Shown: positions 11,051 through 23,000 of the stretch, piece after piece
Numbering within the stretch: position 1 is the stretch's first letter
Layout of the letters: each line of letters opens with the position of its first letter
DNA from: Caecitellus pseudoparvulus
Taxonomy: Eukaryota; Protista; Bigyra: Bicosoecida
Length of the DNA: 64,000 nucleotides
Assembly: GCA_965644315.1 (NCBI GenBank)
Contig: CBFFRQ010000018.1
Location: forward strand, 1,116,001 to 1,180,000
Direction of reading: 5' to 3'
Program-made: the position numbers and the translations under genes
The notes under the pieces: generated by a model
The model's database searches: none
The model's input: only the letters and a program-made list of their open reading frames with translations
What the model was told of the DNA's origin: nothing

Positions 11051-12916
11051 ATGTCTGCCTCAGCAGCGCTGAGCGAAGCGGCGCGGTCTGATGCAGGCTC
11101 CGGAGATGGCAGCAGCGTCGCCATGTTCAGAACGGAGGATCTGGACAAAGAAAAGTTTGCTCTGGAAATGCAGCGCACACGGGACCTCACGCTGATGGAG
11201 CGCCTGGAACGCAAGCTTGTGCACGCGCGGAAGTCACTCGAGGAGAAACGCCGTGCGATGTCAAGCTATGAAAGCACCTTCCTCGTGGGTGGCACGGTGA
11301 AACAAGTGGAGCCAGCAGCCTCAAGGGAAGCCAGAACGGGCTCGACTGCCAAGCACCGCCTGTATGCCAAGCCCAAAGCGCGTTTCGGCAAGCACGAGGC
11401 TGTTACTGGCACCCGCAAGGTCATCCAGCGGCACCTTCGACAGCTCTCAAAGCTAGAGGCAGTCATGGGCAAGAAACTGAACACTGCTCAGCATCGGAAT
11501 ACGAAAATGAGGGAGTCTGTGAACAACCTGCGAAGGGAACACCTTGTGTACGATCGGCTGTTCGGCAAGATGCAAGTTGAGATAGCTGAGGTCAAGGCCA
11601 ACATCGCCCGCACTAAGGCCAACATCGAGCGGCGGTACAAGCAGCGAGATGCGGTGCGGGGGAAAATGAAAGAAGCCATAGAGAAGCTGCAAGAGGCCCA
11701 GTTGGTCGCAAAGATGGAGTGGCAAGTCCTAGACAAGGGCTTGGTGGACACCTCCGCGCAAGCCCAGGACAGCAAGGATGAGGGCGACGTTGCTGGCGCA
11801 GGAAGCCTGACCCAGCAACAGGAAGAAGCGCTCAAGGCCCAGCAGCAGAAGTCTCTCTGGGCAATCGGGAAAGATAGAGTCCTCCTAGACCAACTGCAGG
11901 CCCGCAGGGACACGTTCGCGGCCGCGCTGGACGCCGTGCGCGAGCAAACTGGCTTCAGTGACTTGGAGGAGCTCGTGGGGCGAATGGAAGAATTCGAGGA
12001 ACAGAAGTTCGCAACTGTAACTGCAATCAACAAAGCTATGCTGGAGATCGAGGAGCGCGAAGCAGCAGTGCAGCGAATGCGCAAAGAGTTCGAGGAGAGG
12101 GAGGCACAGAACTCGGGCTTGACATCCAGCAAGCACGCTGCTTTGCAGGCCATGCAGCAAGAGCGCGCTGCGACAGTGAAAGCTGTGGAGAAAAAGGAAG
12201 CAGAGATCAAGGAAGTGCTTCGAGACCTTGGCGCCATGCTTCAGCCCGTCCAGTCGCTCTTTGCAGAAGTTGGCGCTGGGTCCCTGCTCAACTCAGCAGC
12301 CACGGACATGGCCCAGACGGCCGGCGCCATGCCACAAGAAGGCCCTGCAACTGCTGAGCCCCTAGGTGAAGCAACAGGGTTGGCTGAGGAGAGCAAGACA
12401 GACTTGGCCAGTCCGGGACTCGGGGGAAGCATGCGCATGTACTTGGCTTCCCCTTCCTTGCAGGAGAGCATGGCTGAAGGTGTCAGCGTGAACAGCCTGG
12501 CTCAGTTCACGGCAATCCTGGAGCAAAGCGTTGCAGAAGTCTTACAACAGTACGCTGTCGTCCTATCGCAGCCCCAGGCTTCATCAGCAGGCGCGGCCGC
12601 GGTCGCCGCCTTGAGCAGCCACGGCGCTGCCGGGGCCGCCCGCACCGTCAAGACGGGTGCCCCAGTGCCTCTTGGACCAACTGAAGGCACCAACTCCTCT
12701 CGCACCGCAATCACTAGCAGCGCCCTCCTTGCTGCTCTTGTGGAACCTGAAGCAATGGGTGCCTCCGATGACGAGGAGGAGCAGCCGCTGACACCCTCCC
12801 AGCTGAGAGCTCAAGCGGCGGCAAAGCTCCAAACGCAGACGTTCTTGGCAGCTAGAAAGGCCTCTCAGCAAGCAGCTCGCTACCTTTCTCACACTCAAGA
12901 GCGACGAAAGAGGTGA
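11051..12916 (+). CDS. Outer dynein arm docking complex subunit DC2/ODA1 (CCDC63/CCDC114)-like coiled-coil protein
   Basis: Extended coiled coil containing MRESVNNLRREHLVYDRLFGKM and TGFSDLEELVGRMEEFEEQKF, resembling the DC2 family signatures LR..IdnLR.Er..f and TG..di..LV..F...E..NF. Confidence 0.72.
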   Translation: MSASAALSEAARSDAGSGDGSSVAMFRTEDLDKEKFALEMQRTRDLTLMERLERKLVHARKSLEEKRRAMSSYESTFLVGGTVKQVEPAASREARTGSTAKHRLYAKPKARFGKHEAVTGTRKVIQRHLRQLSKLEAVMGKKLNTAQHRNTKMRESVNNLRREHLVYDRLFGKMQVEIAEVKANIARTKANIERRYKQRDAVRGKMKEAIEKLQEAQLVAKMEWQVLDKGLVDTSAQAQDSKDEGDVAGAGSLTQQQEEALKAQQQKSLWAIGKDRVLLDQLQARRDTFAAALDAVREQTGFSDLEELVGRMEEFEEQKFATVTAINKAMLEIEEREAAVQRMRKEFEEREAQNSGLTSSKHAALQAMQQERAATVKAVEKKEAEIKEVLRDLGAMLQPVQSLFAEVGAGSLLNSAATDMAQTAGAMPQEGPATAEPLGEATGLAEESKTDLASPGLGGSMRMYLASPSLQESMAEGVSVNSLAQFTAILEQSVAEVLQQYAVVLSQPQASSAGAAAVAALSSHGAAGAARTVKTGAPVPLGPTEGTNSSRTAITSSALLAALVEPEAMGASDDEEEQPLTPSQLRAQAAAKLQTQTFLAARKASQQAARYLSHTQERRKR

Positions 12917-12942
12917 GCAGAGGGGTTCAAAAACTGAGTGGA

Positions 12943-14099
12943 TTAACCCATGGCGCGTTGCAGCTCCTGCTGCACCGCTTCGCTGGCCTCCATCTCCACA
13001 GCAACATCCAGAACCGAAGCATCGTCCCCCCGGCGCTTGTGGGCGTCTGCGCCGCCTGCAAGCAGAGTCTTGACAGCCAACAGCGCCAATTCATCCGGCT
13101 GCTTCATCACAGCGTACATCAAGGGGGTCTCACCAGCCTCACCTTCCCCCGCATTGACGTCGGCCCCTGCCTCGATCAAGGCTGTCACAACTGCCATGCT
13201 GCCAGCATCTGCGTGATCCACTGCGACGTGCAGAGCACTCTCTCCCACGTCATTCTGAGAAGCGTTAGGGTCGGCCCCTGCCGCCAGCAGCTCGCGCACC
13301 TGCTCCACATCCATGTTCTCCACAGCCAGCTGCAGAGGGGAGGCGAGCTCCACTCGCCTTGCTTCATCTGCTTCGCTGAGCAACCCAACATCCATTCTGG
13401 AAACTGAAGGACCCAGAGACATGCCAGTGTCACCTTCTTCCTCTTCCACGCCAGCAGAAACCTCAGCCACCTCCACGCTCTGCAGCTCAGAGCCCAGCCC
13501 AGCCTCTCCGCGCCACCGCGGACAGAGCTCGTCTACAAGGGCCACGTAGCCTTGCATGGCTTGCCCCCGAGGCATGCCGCCAAGACCGCTCCAAGCTTTC
13601 CTGTCGCAACAAGGTGAGGCAAGGGGATTGACCTGGCGGGGCTTCTCACAGAGCAAGACCCGGGGAAGGGGGGCGCACTCACCACTTGGCGTGCTTTGTG
13701 AAGTCCAGCTCCAGCGGACCAGGCTGCGGCGCAGTGCACGTGCCAGACTGGGCTTGCTTGAAGAGAGCATACAGCCTGAGTTTCTGCAAAAGGATGACCC
13801 ACCAAACGCAAGTCCTGCACTTGCCCTGCGCGCCTTGTGGAGCAGGGTGCTGTGGATACCTTTTGTCTGGATGCATCAAAATCCGCACTTGCGATGTGCT
13901 TCACAGCATGGTCAAAGAGCTGCTGTGTGAGAGCATCTGGTGCTTCATCAACACATGAAGGTGTAGCTTCTGTTCTGCGCGGCCCAGCCTCTGCTGGTGC
14001 TCCGTTCCAGAAGTACCACGCAAACCCTGCCGCTGCGACTCCAACGCCGCCCGCAAGCCACCAGGCCCACGACGGGACCTGTGGAACCCTTGCAGCCAT
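12943..14099 (-). CDS. Acyl-CoA-binding domain + ankyrin repeat protein with N-terminal membrane anchor. Introns 13784-13859 and 13601-13682
   Basis: Spliced ACB domain LFDHAVKHI...KLRLYALFKQAQSG...AKW|KAWSGLGGMPRGQAMQGYVALV. Ankyrin repeats GESALHVAV, GADVNAGEGEAGETPLMYAV. Hydrophobic N-terminus WAWWLAGGVGVAAAGFAWYFW. Confidence 0.9.
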
Positions 14100-14159
14100 G
14101 CCTAGCACGTGGGCATCTACAGTGCTGGCAGCAGAGTGAATTGCAATTTAGTGTGAGCT

Positions 14160-15928
14160 TCATGATGACTTAGCCGTGCCGGCACCGTCTCTGACTGTGG
14201 GCTCATAGTGGCGCTTGGGCCGAGCTACACACTCCCTCTGCACCCTGAACCTTGAGCCTGCTGTGGAAAGCCGAGCCTCAATTCGGGGACACTCATCGTC
14301 CAAAGCAGCAAGCAACTCGTCCACTGGGTCTGAGAGGCCCTCGCTTGCTTTGGGGGCTGTGGTGGTCTGGGCTTCGCATGCGCTCGGCGGGGCACTGTCT
14401 CCTCCTGAAACTGTCACTGCGCTCTCGATCCACCCGTATTGGGAGGGCACCAACTCGATAACGGTTCCAGAAGGAATCGGCATCTGTACTGCTGCATCGA
14501 GGGGTATGCCTCGAAAGTACGCCATCAGGACTTGCAGAGAAGAGAGGTGCCCCACTACAACGACAGGGCACCTGCAGCGCTCGATATCCACCACCAACGA
14601 CGTCAGCCGCGTAGCTACGTCGCGAAGGCTCTCCCCACCTGCGATCCTAAACAGCTCCGGGCTTTCGCTGTGCTGCCATGCCTTGAAGGCGGCAGGATCC
14701 AGCTCCGCAAGCGACCGCAGAGGCAGCCCCGCGTATACACCGGTGTCCATAGGAAGCAACGCTGACAGCGGCGTGGCAGCACCCAAGTCCATTGCTCCTG
14801 CTGTTTGGATACAACGCTGGAGCGTGCTCGTGAAGGTCGCGAACCGTGGCGTAGGTTCAGGGGCTGCTGCCATCGACGCTGTGCCGCCTGCGCTGCACTG
14901 CCCTGCAGCCAAATCATGAGCCAGCTCGGGCGTGGCCTTGCGCGAGGAAGATTGCACAACACCTGCAGTCTCTGCGGCATACACGCCCACTGCTTTGCTC
15001 CACGCCAGTCCCTGCTGGTCAAGTGACAACAAGGTGCTCAAGTCAGCTGTGGCCCCAGCCTCAGCCGCCTTGGCAGCCACACCGGGGGCTACACCTTGCG
15101 CTGACACTGATGCCCGCTGCAAGACCGCATCTTGCACTGCCTGCCTGTCCCCACACTGCCCAGACCGCAGCAAAAACACTGGCCTGGGGTAAATGTGGAT
15201 GCTCATCAGGAAGGCCAGAATGCTGTGTGCCAGAGAACCAAAGATGTTCCGCGCCACGACTTTGCTTTGCAAGTCAATCAACTTGATGTAGGCGACCTCC
15301 CCGCCCTCGGCATCCTCCAGCGGCTCATACACCGCCTTGTAGTTCTCAATGCGGGCCGACAAGTCTTCCAAAGCTTGCTGCAGCGGCATGCGAGCGAAAT
15401 CCGGGCTCCCACACACTTTCTGCAGCATGTTCGAGGCCAACACTCCGGGTTGGTTGCAGATGCACTCCACGAAAATGACTCCCACATGAGACCGTACTGG
15501 CTCTACGCGACTCAGAATGCGCTGCCGACGTGCTCGAGTGGTGTTCGTTGCATCAAACAGAGCCACGGCTCCACCCTCCTCACACAACCACGAAATGGCT
15601 TCATCCAGTACTTCCATGGCCAGCTGCTCGCGGTACTGCTTGGCTTCGCTGTTGTCAGAAGAGAAGAAGCTTGCATCAGCACGACTGCCAACGCCATCCC
15701 CCGAGTGTTCATCTGGCTCAGGGCGCTCCCGTCTGTGCTTGCCCACATTGAACACTTTACACTGGTATCCTGTCCATGTCAAGTACCCCCTCAACTTGTG
15801 AGCCACGTACGACTGTGCAGCATCCAGGCGTGGTGGGGAGGGCCGAATTCCGCAGGCCAGGAGCGTCGCACCTTTCCACGCGCGGGCAGACCAACTAAGG
15901 CCAGAATGAACTTCTCTGGTGTATTCAT
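14160..15928 (-). CDS. 6-phosphofructo-2-kinase / fructose-2,6-bisphosphatase. Intron 15813-15871; true start may lie further upstream
   Basis: Spliced P-loop LVGLPARGK|SYVA, FNVGKHRR, FDATNTTRARR, FVECIC, SPDF, RIENYKAVYEPL. C-terminal His-phosphatase fold (TSTLQRCIQTA, GGESLRDV, VVGH). Confidence 0.92.
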
Positions 15929-16210
15929 GGCAGAAACATAGAGTGTATTCCCGCTGCTGCCGTCGGCTCGCCGACCGGAAGCAAACGCCCCCCCCGAAAC
16001 TTGATGGAGCCAGGCAATGCGGGCGCAGCTTCGCAGGCGCAAGTCCGCACGATCCAACCGCAAACAAAAACCTACGTGATGAAAATCAAAATCTTCGCAT
16101 GCACGAGAGGTGTATATTTTCTGTTTTACGCTTCCCCTGCCACTCCATCGCGGAGGTGGCGTACAGGGGCTCCCTGAGCTTCCCACGGGTGGCAACAGCG
16201 AAGACTCGCA

Positions 16211-16771
16211 ATGGCATTGCGCTTCGTTTATTTGGTACGCCCTGGCTTGATTTCAAGGCTGTTGGCCCCCCAGATGTCTGCCTGTGGCCGGCTCCCGACG
16301 GCTCCAAGCAAGACTGCGGAAATCGCCTGCATCACCACACGAAGTGCGCTCCAGCGTCAAACAGATACCACATCTGGTAAAATAGACATGAAAAGGGTGA
16401 ATTCTTTGTTTCAAGAAGTCGTATCTGGTGTGGAGGACATGCATTCAGACAACCCAGGCTTTCAAGTCACGCAAGGACCTGACACCGTACGTGGCCCCCA
16501 CTCTGGCGCACTGCTCGCCCACCCACCCAAGGCTCTCCTCTTGACCCTGCAGCTGACGATCGATACTCCAGGAGGGCAACTGAAGATGTGGGTCACTTCA
16601 GACATTGGGAAGGAGCTACTTGCCTTCACAGCCCCCAAGACTGATGGCTTGCACACGTACACATGGAGTGCGGCGCAAGAGATGTGGACCAGTACAAAAG
16701 ATGGCCACTTTCTGAAGGAGCTCTTGGCCAGGGAGCTCGTGTATCACTGCAAAGGTTTCCCCAAGTTTTGA
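16211..16771 (+). CDS. Frataxin/CyaY-like protein, probably mitochondrial, with likely in-frame intron 16487-16552
   Basis: Arg-rich presequence, helix-then-beta-sheet layout, and a C-terminal WTSTKDGHFLKELLAREL resembling frataxin W...rDG..L.elL..El. The canonical QIWxSSP motif is degenerate. Confidence 0.6.
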   Translation: MALRFVYLVRPGLISRLLAPQMSACGRLPTAPSKTAEIACITTRSALQRQTDTTSGKIDMKRVNSLFQEVVSGVEDMHSDNPGFQVTQGPDTVRGPHSGALLAHPPKALLLTLQLTIDTPGGQLKMWVTSDIGKELLAFTAPKTDGLHTYTWSAAQEMWTSTKDGHFLKELLARELVYHCKGFPKF

Positions 16772-17041
16772 CTCTGTACAGGCTCGCCTCGGGACGGCAA
16801 CTTCTAAGTTGCTGCGTCGACTGGGCAGAGCAGGGCTCCACTCTCTCATGTGCGCACAAATCCAATGCACTCTTCACTGAGGATCAGACAAAAGTGCAAG
16901 ACCGGTGCTGGGTTATGCTAGATTCCTTCCCCCACTGCCTGTGGGATTCTGGGAACCAGTGGTGAGAGTGTGTCAGGAACGTGGAGGGAGCCGTACACGC
17001 CGAAGGATTCCGGGAGCCCAGCACATCCAGGTTGGGTCCCC

Positions 17042-20000
17042 ATGGCGGGGATCGGCATTCAGGCCAGGTTTTCCTTGCTTGCTTTCGTCCTAGTCTTGCT
17101 ATGCTGTTCCTGCCCCGTTCCAGGAGCTGCAAACCGCGGGCTTAGGTCCAAGGCTGGCAGGGTCATGCTGCGACATGCACCGCCAGACGGCCGTGTGTGG
17201 ACTGCCATCACACCCCAAAGCACCAATGCGGCAAACTTTGAGGATCTGGAGGTGCTCCGGTTTATTTGCTACTTGAATTGGCCCAGAAACAATCCCCGTG
17301 ACGACTGGACCGAGGGATTCGGCAGGGCCAAGCGCAGTGCAGCTGCTCTGGCTTCACCAGATTCACAAGGGCAGCCTGCGGATCAGGAGGCCAATGGTGA
17401 GGGTGAAACCAGCGCCCACTTGGCGGCATGGATGGACAAAGTCCAATGTGGTGAGCTTGAGTGGGAAGTCACTGCCTTCGATTGCGGAACCCAGGCAGGT
17501 CACATGCCAACACGAGTGCTGGCCCTCGACAGGCCTGCATTCCTTGCACATTGTGCAAATCCGGACCAACTGCGCTTTGGAACACCACAAAGGTCCGTAG
17601 TCTTTCCCAGTAGTACTGGTGGTCCCTTGTCACAGCTATACAGCGACTTCCTCCAGCTGCCGAGGCACGAGCACACCCAGTTGCAGCAAGTAGCCAAGTT
17701 GCACATCCTACACTCCAGAGCCAGCATGCAAAAGTGGCTGAGCCTGCACGTGGATTTGAGAATGGGGGATGTCTACTGGAAGGACGGATTGTTCCCGCTT
17801 GCAAAGTCTCTTTCTGAGCAATGCTCCCATCTCGCTGATGACCCTCGGCTGAGATCTCCAAAGCTCACTGACGTGGTTGCCTTGCATCCGCCTGAACTCA
17901 GCGCGTACGATGCCGTCCGCGTGGTATTGGCACACCAAGCATCACCGTACGAATCTGCTGGTGACCACAAAGGTGGTGGTTTTGATCACAAAAGAAACAG
18001 CAGAATCGGCATTGCTTGTGCAGCCAACCAATGCCAGGCAGCACATACCGACACCCAGCTCCACGCAGCCGTGTGTATTCACGAGCGAAACGCAGATACA
18101 ATGTCACTTTCCGATCGCCGTCACCTACAGGCAACTCCAGAAGCAACGGCGACACCATCCAGTACTCAGAGCCCAACACCCTCTACCAGCGTGTCGCCGT
18201 CGGCATCGGGCACCAGCAGCGTGTCGCCGTCGGCATCGGGCACCAGCAGCGTGTCGCCGTCGGCATCGGGCACCAGCAGCGTGTCGCCGTCGGCATCGGG
18301 CACCAGCAGCGTGTCGCCGTCGGCATCGGGCACCAGCAGCGTGTCGCCGTCGGCATCGGGCACCAGCAGCGTGTCGCCGTCGGCATCGGGCACCAGCAGC
18401 GTGTCGCCGTCGGCATCAGGCACCAGCAGCGTGTCGCCGTCGGCATCGGGCACCAGCAGCGTGTCGGCATCGGGCACCAGCAGCGTGTCGCCGTCGGCAT
18501 CGGGCACCAGCAGCGTGTCGCCGTCGGCATCGGGCACCAGCAGCGTGTCGCCGTCGGCATCGGGCACCAGCAGCGTGTCGCCGTCGGCATCGGGCACCAG
18601 CAGCGTGTCGCCGTCGGCATCGGGCAGCAGCAGCGTGTCGCCGTCGGCATCAGGCACCAGCAGCGTGTCGCCGTCGGCATCGGGCAGCAGCAGCGTGTCG
18701 CCGTCGGCATCGGGCACCAGCAGCGTGTCGCCGTCGGCATCGGGCACCAGCAGCGTGTCGCCGTCGGCATCGGGCACCAGCAGCGTGTCGCCGTCGGCAT
18801 CGGGCACCAGCAGCGTGTCGCCGTCGGCATCGGGCACCAGCAGCGTGTCGCCGTCGGCATCGGGCACCAGCAGCGTGTCGCCGTCGGCATCAGGCACCAG
18901 CAGCGTGTCGCCGTCGGCATCGGGCACCAGCAGCGTGTCGCCGTCGGCATCGGGCACCAGCAGCGTGTCGCCATCGGCATCGGGCACCAGCAGCGTGTCG
19001 CCGTCGGCATCGGGCACCAGCAGCGTGTCGCCGTCGGCATCGGGCACCAGCAGCGTGTCGCCATCGGCATCGGGCACCAGCAGCGTGTCGCCGTCGGCAT
19101 CAGGCACCAGCAGCGTGTCGCCGTCGGCATCGGGCACCAGCAGCGTGTCGCCGTCGGCATCGGGCACCAGCAGCGTGTCGCCGTCGGCATCGGGCACCAG
19201 CAGCGTGTCGCCGTCGGCATCAGGCACCAGCAGCGTGTCGCCGTCGGCATCGGGCACCAGCAGCGTGTCGCCGTCGGCATCGGGCACCAGCAGCGTGTCG
19301 CCGTCGGCATCGGGCACCAGCAGCGTGTCGCCGTCGGCATCGGGCACCAGCAGCGTGTCGCCGTCGGCATCGGGCACCAGCAGCGTGTCGCCGTCGGCAT
19401 CGGGCACCAGCAGCGTGTCGCCGTCGGCATCGGGCACCAGCAGCGTGTCGCCGTCGGCATCGGGCACCAGCAGCGTGTCGCCGTCGGCATCGGGCACCAG
19501 CAGCGTGTCGCCGTCGGCATCGGGCACCAGCAGCGTGTCGGCATCGGGCACCAGCAGCGTGTCGCCGTCGGCATCGGGCACCAGCAGCGTGTCGCCGTCG
19601 GCATCGGGCACCAGCAGCGTGTCGCCGTCGGCATCGGGCAGCAGCAGCGTGTCGCCGTCGGCATCGGGCACCAGCAGCGTGTCGCCGTCGGCATCGGGCA
19701 CCAGCAGCGTGTCGCCGTCGGCATCGGGCACCAGCAGCGTGTCGCCGTCGGCATCGGGCACCAGCAGCGTGTCGCCGTCGGCATCGGGCACCAGCAGCGT
19801 GTCGCCGTCGGCATCGGGCACCAGCAGCGTGTCGCCGTCGGCATCGGGCAGCAGCAGCGTGTCGCCGTCGGCATCAGGCACCAGCAGCGTGTCGCCGTCG
19901 GCATCGGGCACCAGCAGCGTGTCGCCGTCGGCATCGGGCACCAGCAGCGTGTCGCCGTCGGCATCGGGCACCAGCAGCGTGTCGCCGTCGGCATCGGGCA

Positions 20001-23000
20001 CCAGCAGCGTGTCGCCGTCGGCATCGGGCACCAGCAGCGTGTCGCCATCGGCATCGGGCACCAGCAGCGTGTCGCCGTCGGCATCAGGCACCAGCAGCGT
20101 GTCGCCGTCGGCATCGGGCACCAGCAGCGTGTCGCCGTCGGCATCGGGCACCAGCAGCGTGTCGCCGTCGGCATCGGGCACCAGCAGCGTGTCGCCGTCG
20201 GCATCGGGCACCAGCAGCGTGTCGCCGTCGGCCTCGGGCACCAGCAGCGTGTCGCCGTCGGCATCAGGCACCAGCAGCGTGTCGCCATCGGCATCGGGCA
20301 GCAGCAGCGTGTCGCCGTCGGCATCAGGCACCAGCAGCGTGTCGCCGTCGGCATCGGGCACCAGCAGCGTGTCGCCGTCGGCATCGGGCACCAGCAGCGT
20401 GTCGCCGTCGGCATCGGGCAGCAGCAGCGTGTCGCCGTCGGCATCGGGCAGCAGCAGCGTGTCGCCGTCGGCATCGGGCACCAGCAGCGTGTCGCCGTCG
20501 GCATTGGGCACCAGCAGCGTGTCGCCGTCGGCCTCGGGCACTGTGTCGCCATCGGCCTCGGGCACTGTGTCGCCATCGGCCTCGGGCACTGTGTCGCCGT
20601 CGGCCTCGGGCACTGTGTCGCCGTCGGCCTCGGGCACTGTGTCGCCGTCGGCCTCGGCCAGTGTGTCGCCGTCGGCCTCGGGCACTGTGTCGCCGTCGGC
20701 CTCGGGCACTGTGTCGCCGTCGGCCTCGGGCACTGTGACTCCGTCGGCCTCGGGCACTGTGTCGCCGTCGGCCTCGGGCACTGTGTCGCCATCGGCCTCG
20801 GGCACTGTGTCGCCGTCGGCCTCGGGCACTGTGTCGCCATCGGCCTCGGGCACTGTGTCGCCATCGGCCTCGGGCACTGTGTCGCCGTCGGCCTCGGGCA
20901 CTGTGTCGCCGTCGGCCTCGGGCACTGTGTCGCCAGCGACCTCGGGCACTGTGTCGCCATCGGCCTCGGGCACTGTGTCGCCGTCGGCCTCGGGCACTGT
21001 GTCGCCATCGGCCTCGGGCACTGTGTCGCCGTCGGCCTCGGGCACTGTGTCGCCGTCGGCCTCGGGCACTGTGTCGCCATCGGCCTCGGGCACTGTGTCG
21101 CCGTCGGCCTCGGGCACTGTGACTCCGTCGGCCTCGGGCACTGTGTCGCCGTCGGCCTCGGGCACTGTGTCGCCATCGGCCTCGGGCACTGTGTCGCCGT
21201 CGGCCTCGGGCACTGTGTCGCCATCGGCCTCGGGCACTGTGTCGCCATCGGCCTCGGGCACTGTGTCGCCATCGGCCTCGGGCACTGTGTCGCCATCGGC
21301 CTCGGGCACTGTGTCGCCGTCGGCCTCGGGCACTGTGTCGCCATCGGCCTCGGGCACTGTGTCGCCATCGGCCTCGGGCACTGTGTCGCCGTCGGCCTCG
21401 GGCACTGTGTCGCCATCGGCCTCGGGCACTGTGACTCCGTCGGCCTCGGGCACTGTGTCGCCATCGGCCTCGGGCACTGTGTCGCCATCGGCCTCGGGCA
21501 CTGTGTCGCCATCGGCCTCGGGCACTGTGTCGCCGTCGGCCTCGGGCACTGTGTCGCCGTCGGCCTCGGGCACTGTGTCGCCATCGGCCTCGGGCACTGT
21601 GTCGCCATCGGCCTCGGGCACTGTGTCGCCGTCGGCCTCGGGCACTGTGTCGCCATCGGCCTCGGGCACTGTGTCGCCATCGGCCTCGGGCACTGTGTCG
21701 CCGTCGGCCTCGGGCACTGTGTCGCCATCGGCCTCGGGCACTGTGTCGCCGTCGGCCTCGGGCACTGTGTCGCCATCGGCCTCGGGCACTGTGTCGCCGT
21801 CGGCCTCGGGCACTGTGTCGCCATCGGCCTCGGGCACTGTGTCGCCGTCGGCCTCAGGCACTGTGTCGCCGTCGGCCTCGGGCACTGTGTCGCCAGCGGC
21901 CTCGGGCACTGTGTCGCCATCGGCCTCGGGCACTGTGTCGCCGTCGGCCTCGGGCACTGTGTCGCCATCGGCCTCGGGCACTGTGTCGCCATCGGCCTCG
22001 GGCACTGTGTCGCCGTCGGCCTCGGGCACTGTGTCGCCGTCGGCCTCGGGCACTGTGTCGCCATCGGCCTCGGGCACTGTGTCGCCAGCGGCCTCGGGCA
22101 CTGTGTCGCCATCGGCCTCGGGCACTGTGACTCCGTCGGCCTCGGGCACTGTGACTCCGTCGGCCTCGGGCACTGTGTCGCCGTCGGCCTCGGGCACTGT
22201 GTCGCCGTCGGCCTCGGGCACTGTGTCGCCATCGGCCTCGGGCACTGTGTCGCCATCGGCCTCGGGCACTGTGTCGCCATCGGCCTCGGGCACTGTGTCG
22301 CCGTCGGCCTCGGGCACTGTGTCGCCATCGGCCTCGGGCACTGTGACTCCGTCGGCCTCGGGCACTGTGTCGCCGTCGGCCTCGGGCACTGTGTCGCCAT
22401 CGGCCTCGGGCACTGTGTCGCCATCGGCCTCGGGCACTGTGTCGCCATCGGCCTCGGGCACTGTGTCGCCATCGGCCTCGGGCACTGTGTCGCCATCGGC
22501 CTCGGGCACTGTGTCGCCGTCGGCCTCGGGCACTGTGTCGCCGTCGGCCTCGGGCACTGTGTCGCCGTCGGCCTCGGGCACTGTGTCGCCGTCGGCCTCG
22601 GGCACTGTGTCGCCGTCGGCCTCGGGCACTGTGTCGCCATCGGCCTCGGGCACTGTGTCGCCATCGGCCTCGGGCACTGTGTCGCCGTCGGCCTCGGGCA
22701 CTGTGTCGCCATCGGCCTCGGGCACTGTGTCGCCAGCGGCCTCGGTCACTGTGTCGCCGTCGGCCTCGGGCACTGTGTCGCCATCGGCCTCGGGCACTGT
22801 GTCGCCATCGGCCTCGGGCACTGTGTCGCCATCGGCCTCGGGCACTGTGTCGCCATCGGCCTCGGGCACTGTGACTCCGTCGGCCTCGGGCACTGTGTCG
22901 CCGTCGGCCTCGGGCACTGTGTCGCCATCGGCCTCGGGCACTGTGTCGCCGTCGGCCTCGGGCACTGTGTCGCCGTCGGCCTCGGGCACTGTGTCGCCAT

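Noticed and set aside
17120-17150. RxLR effector motif (RGLR) after the signal peptide
   Set aside because: No dEER motif, the protein is a giant membrane-anchored one, and such short motifs are common in secreted proteins.
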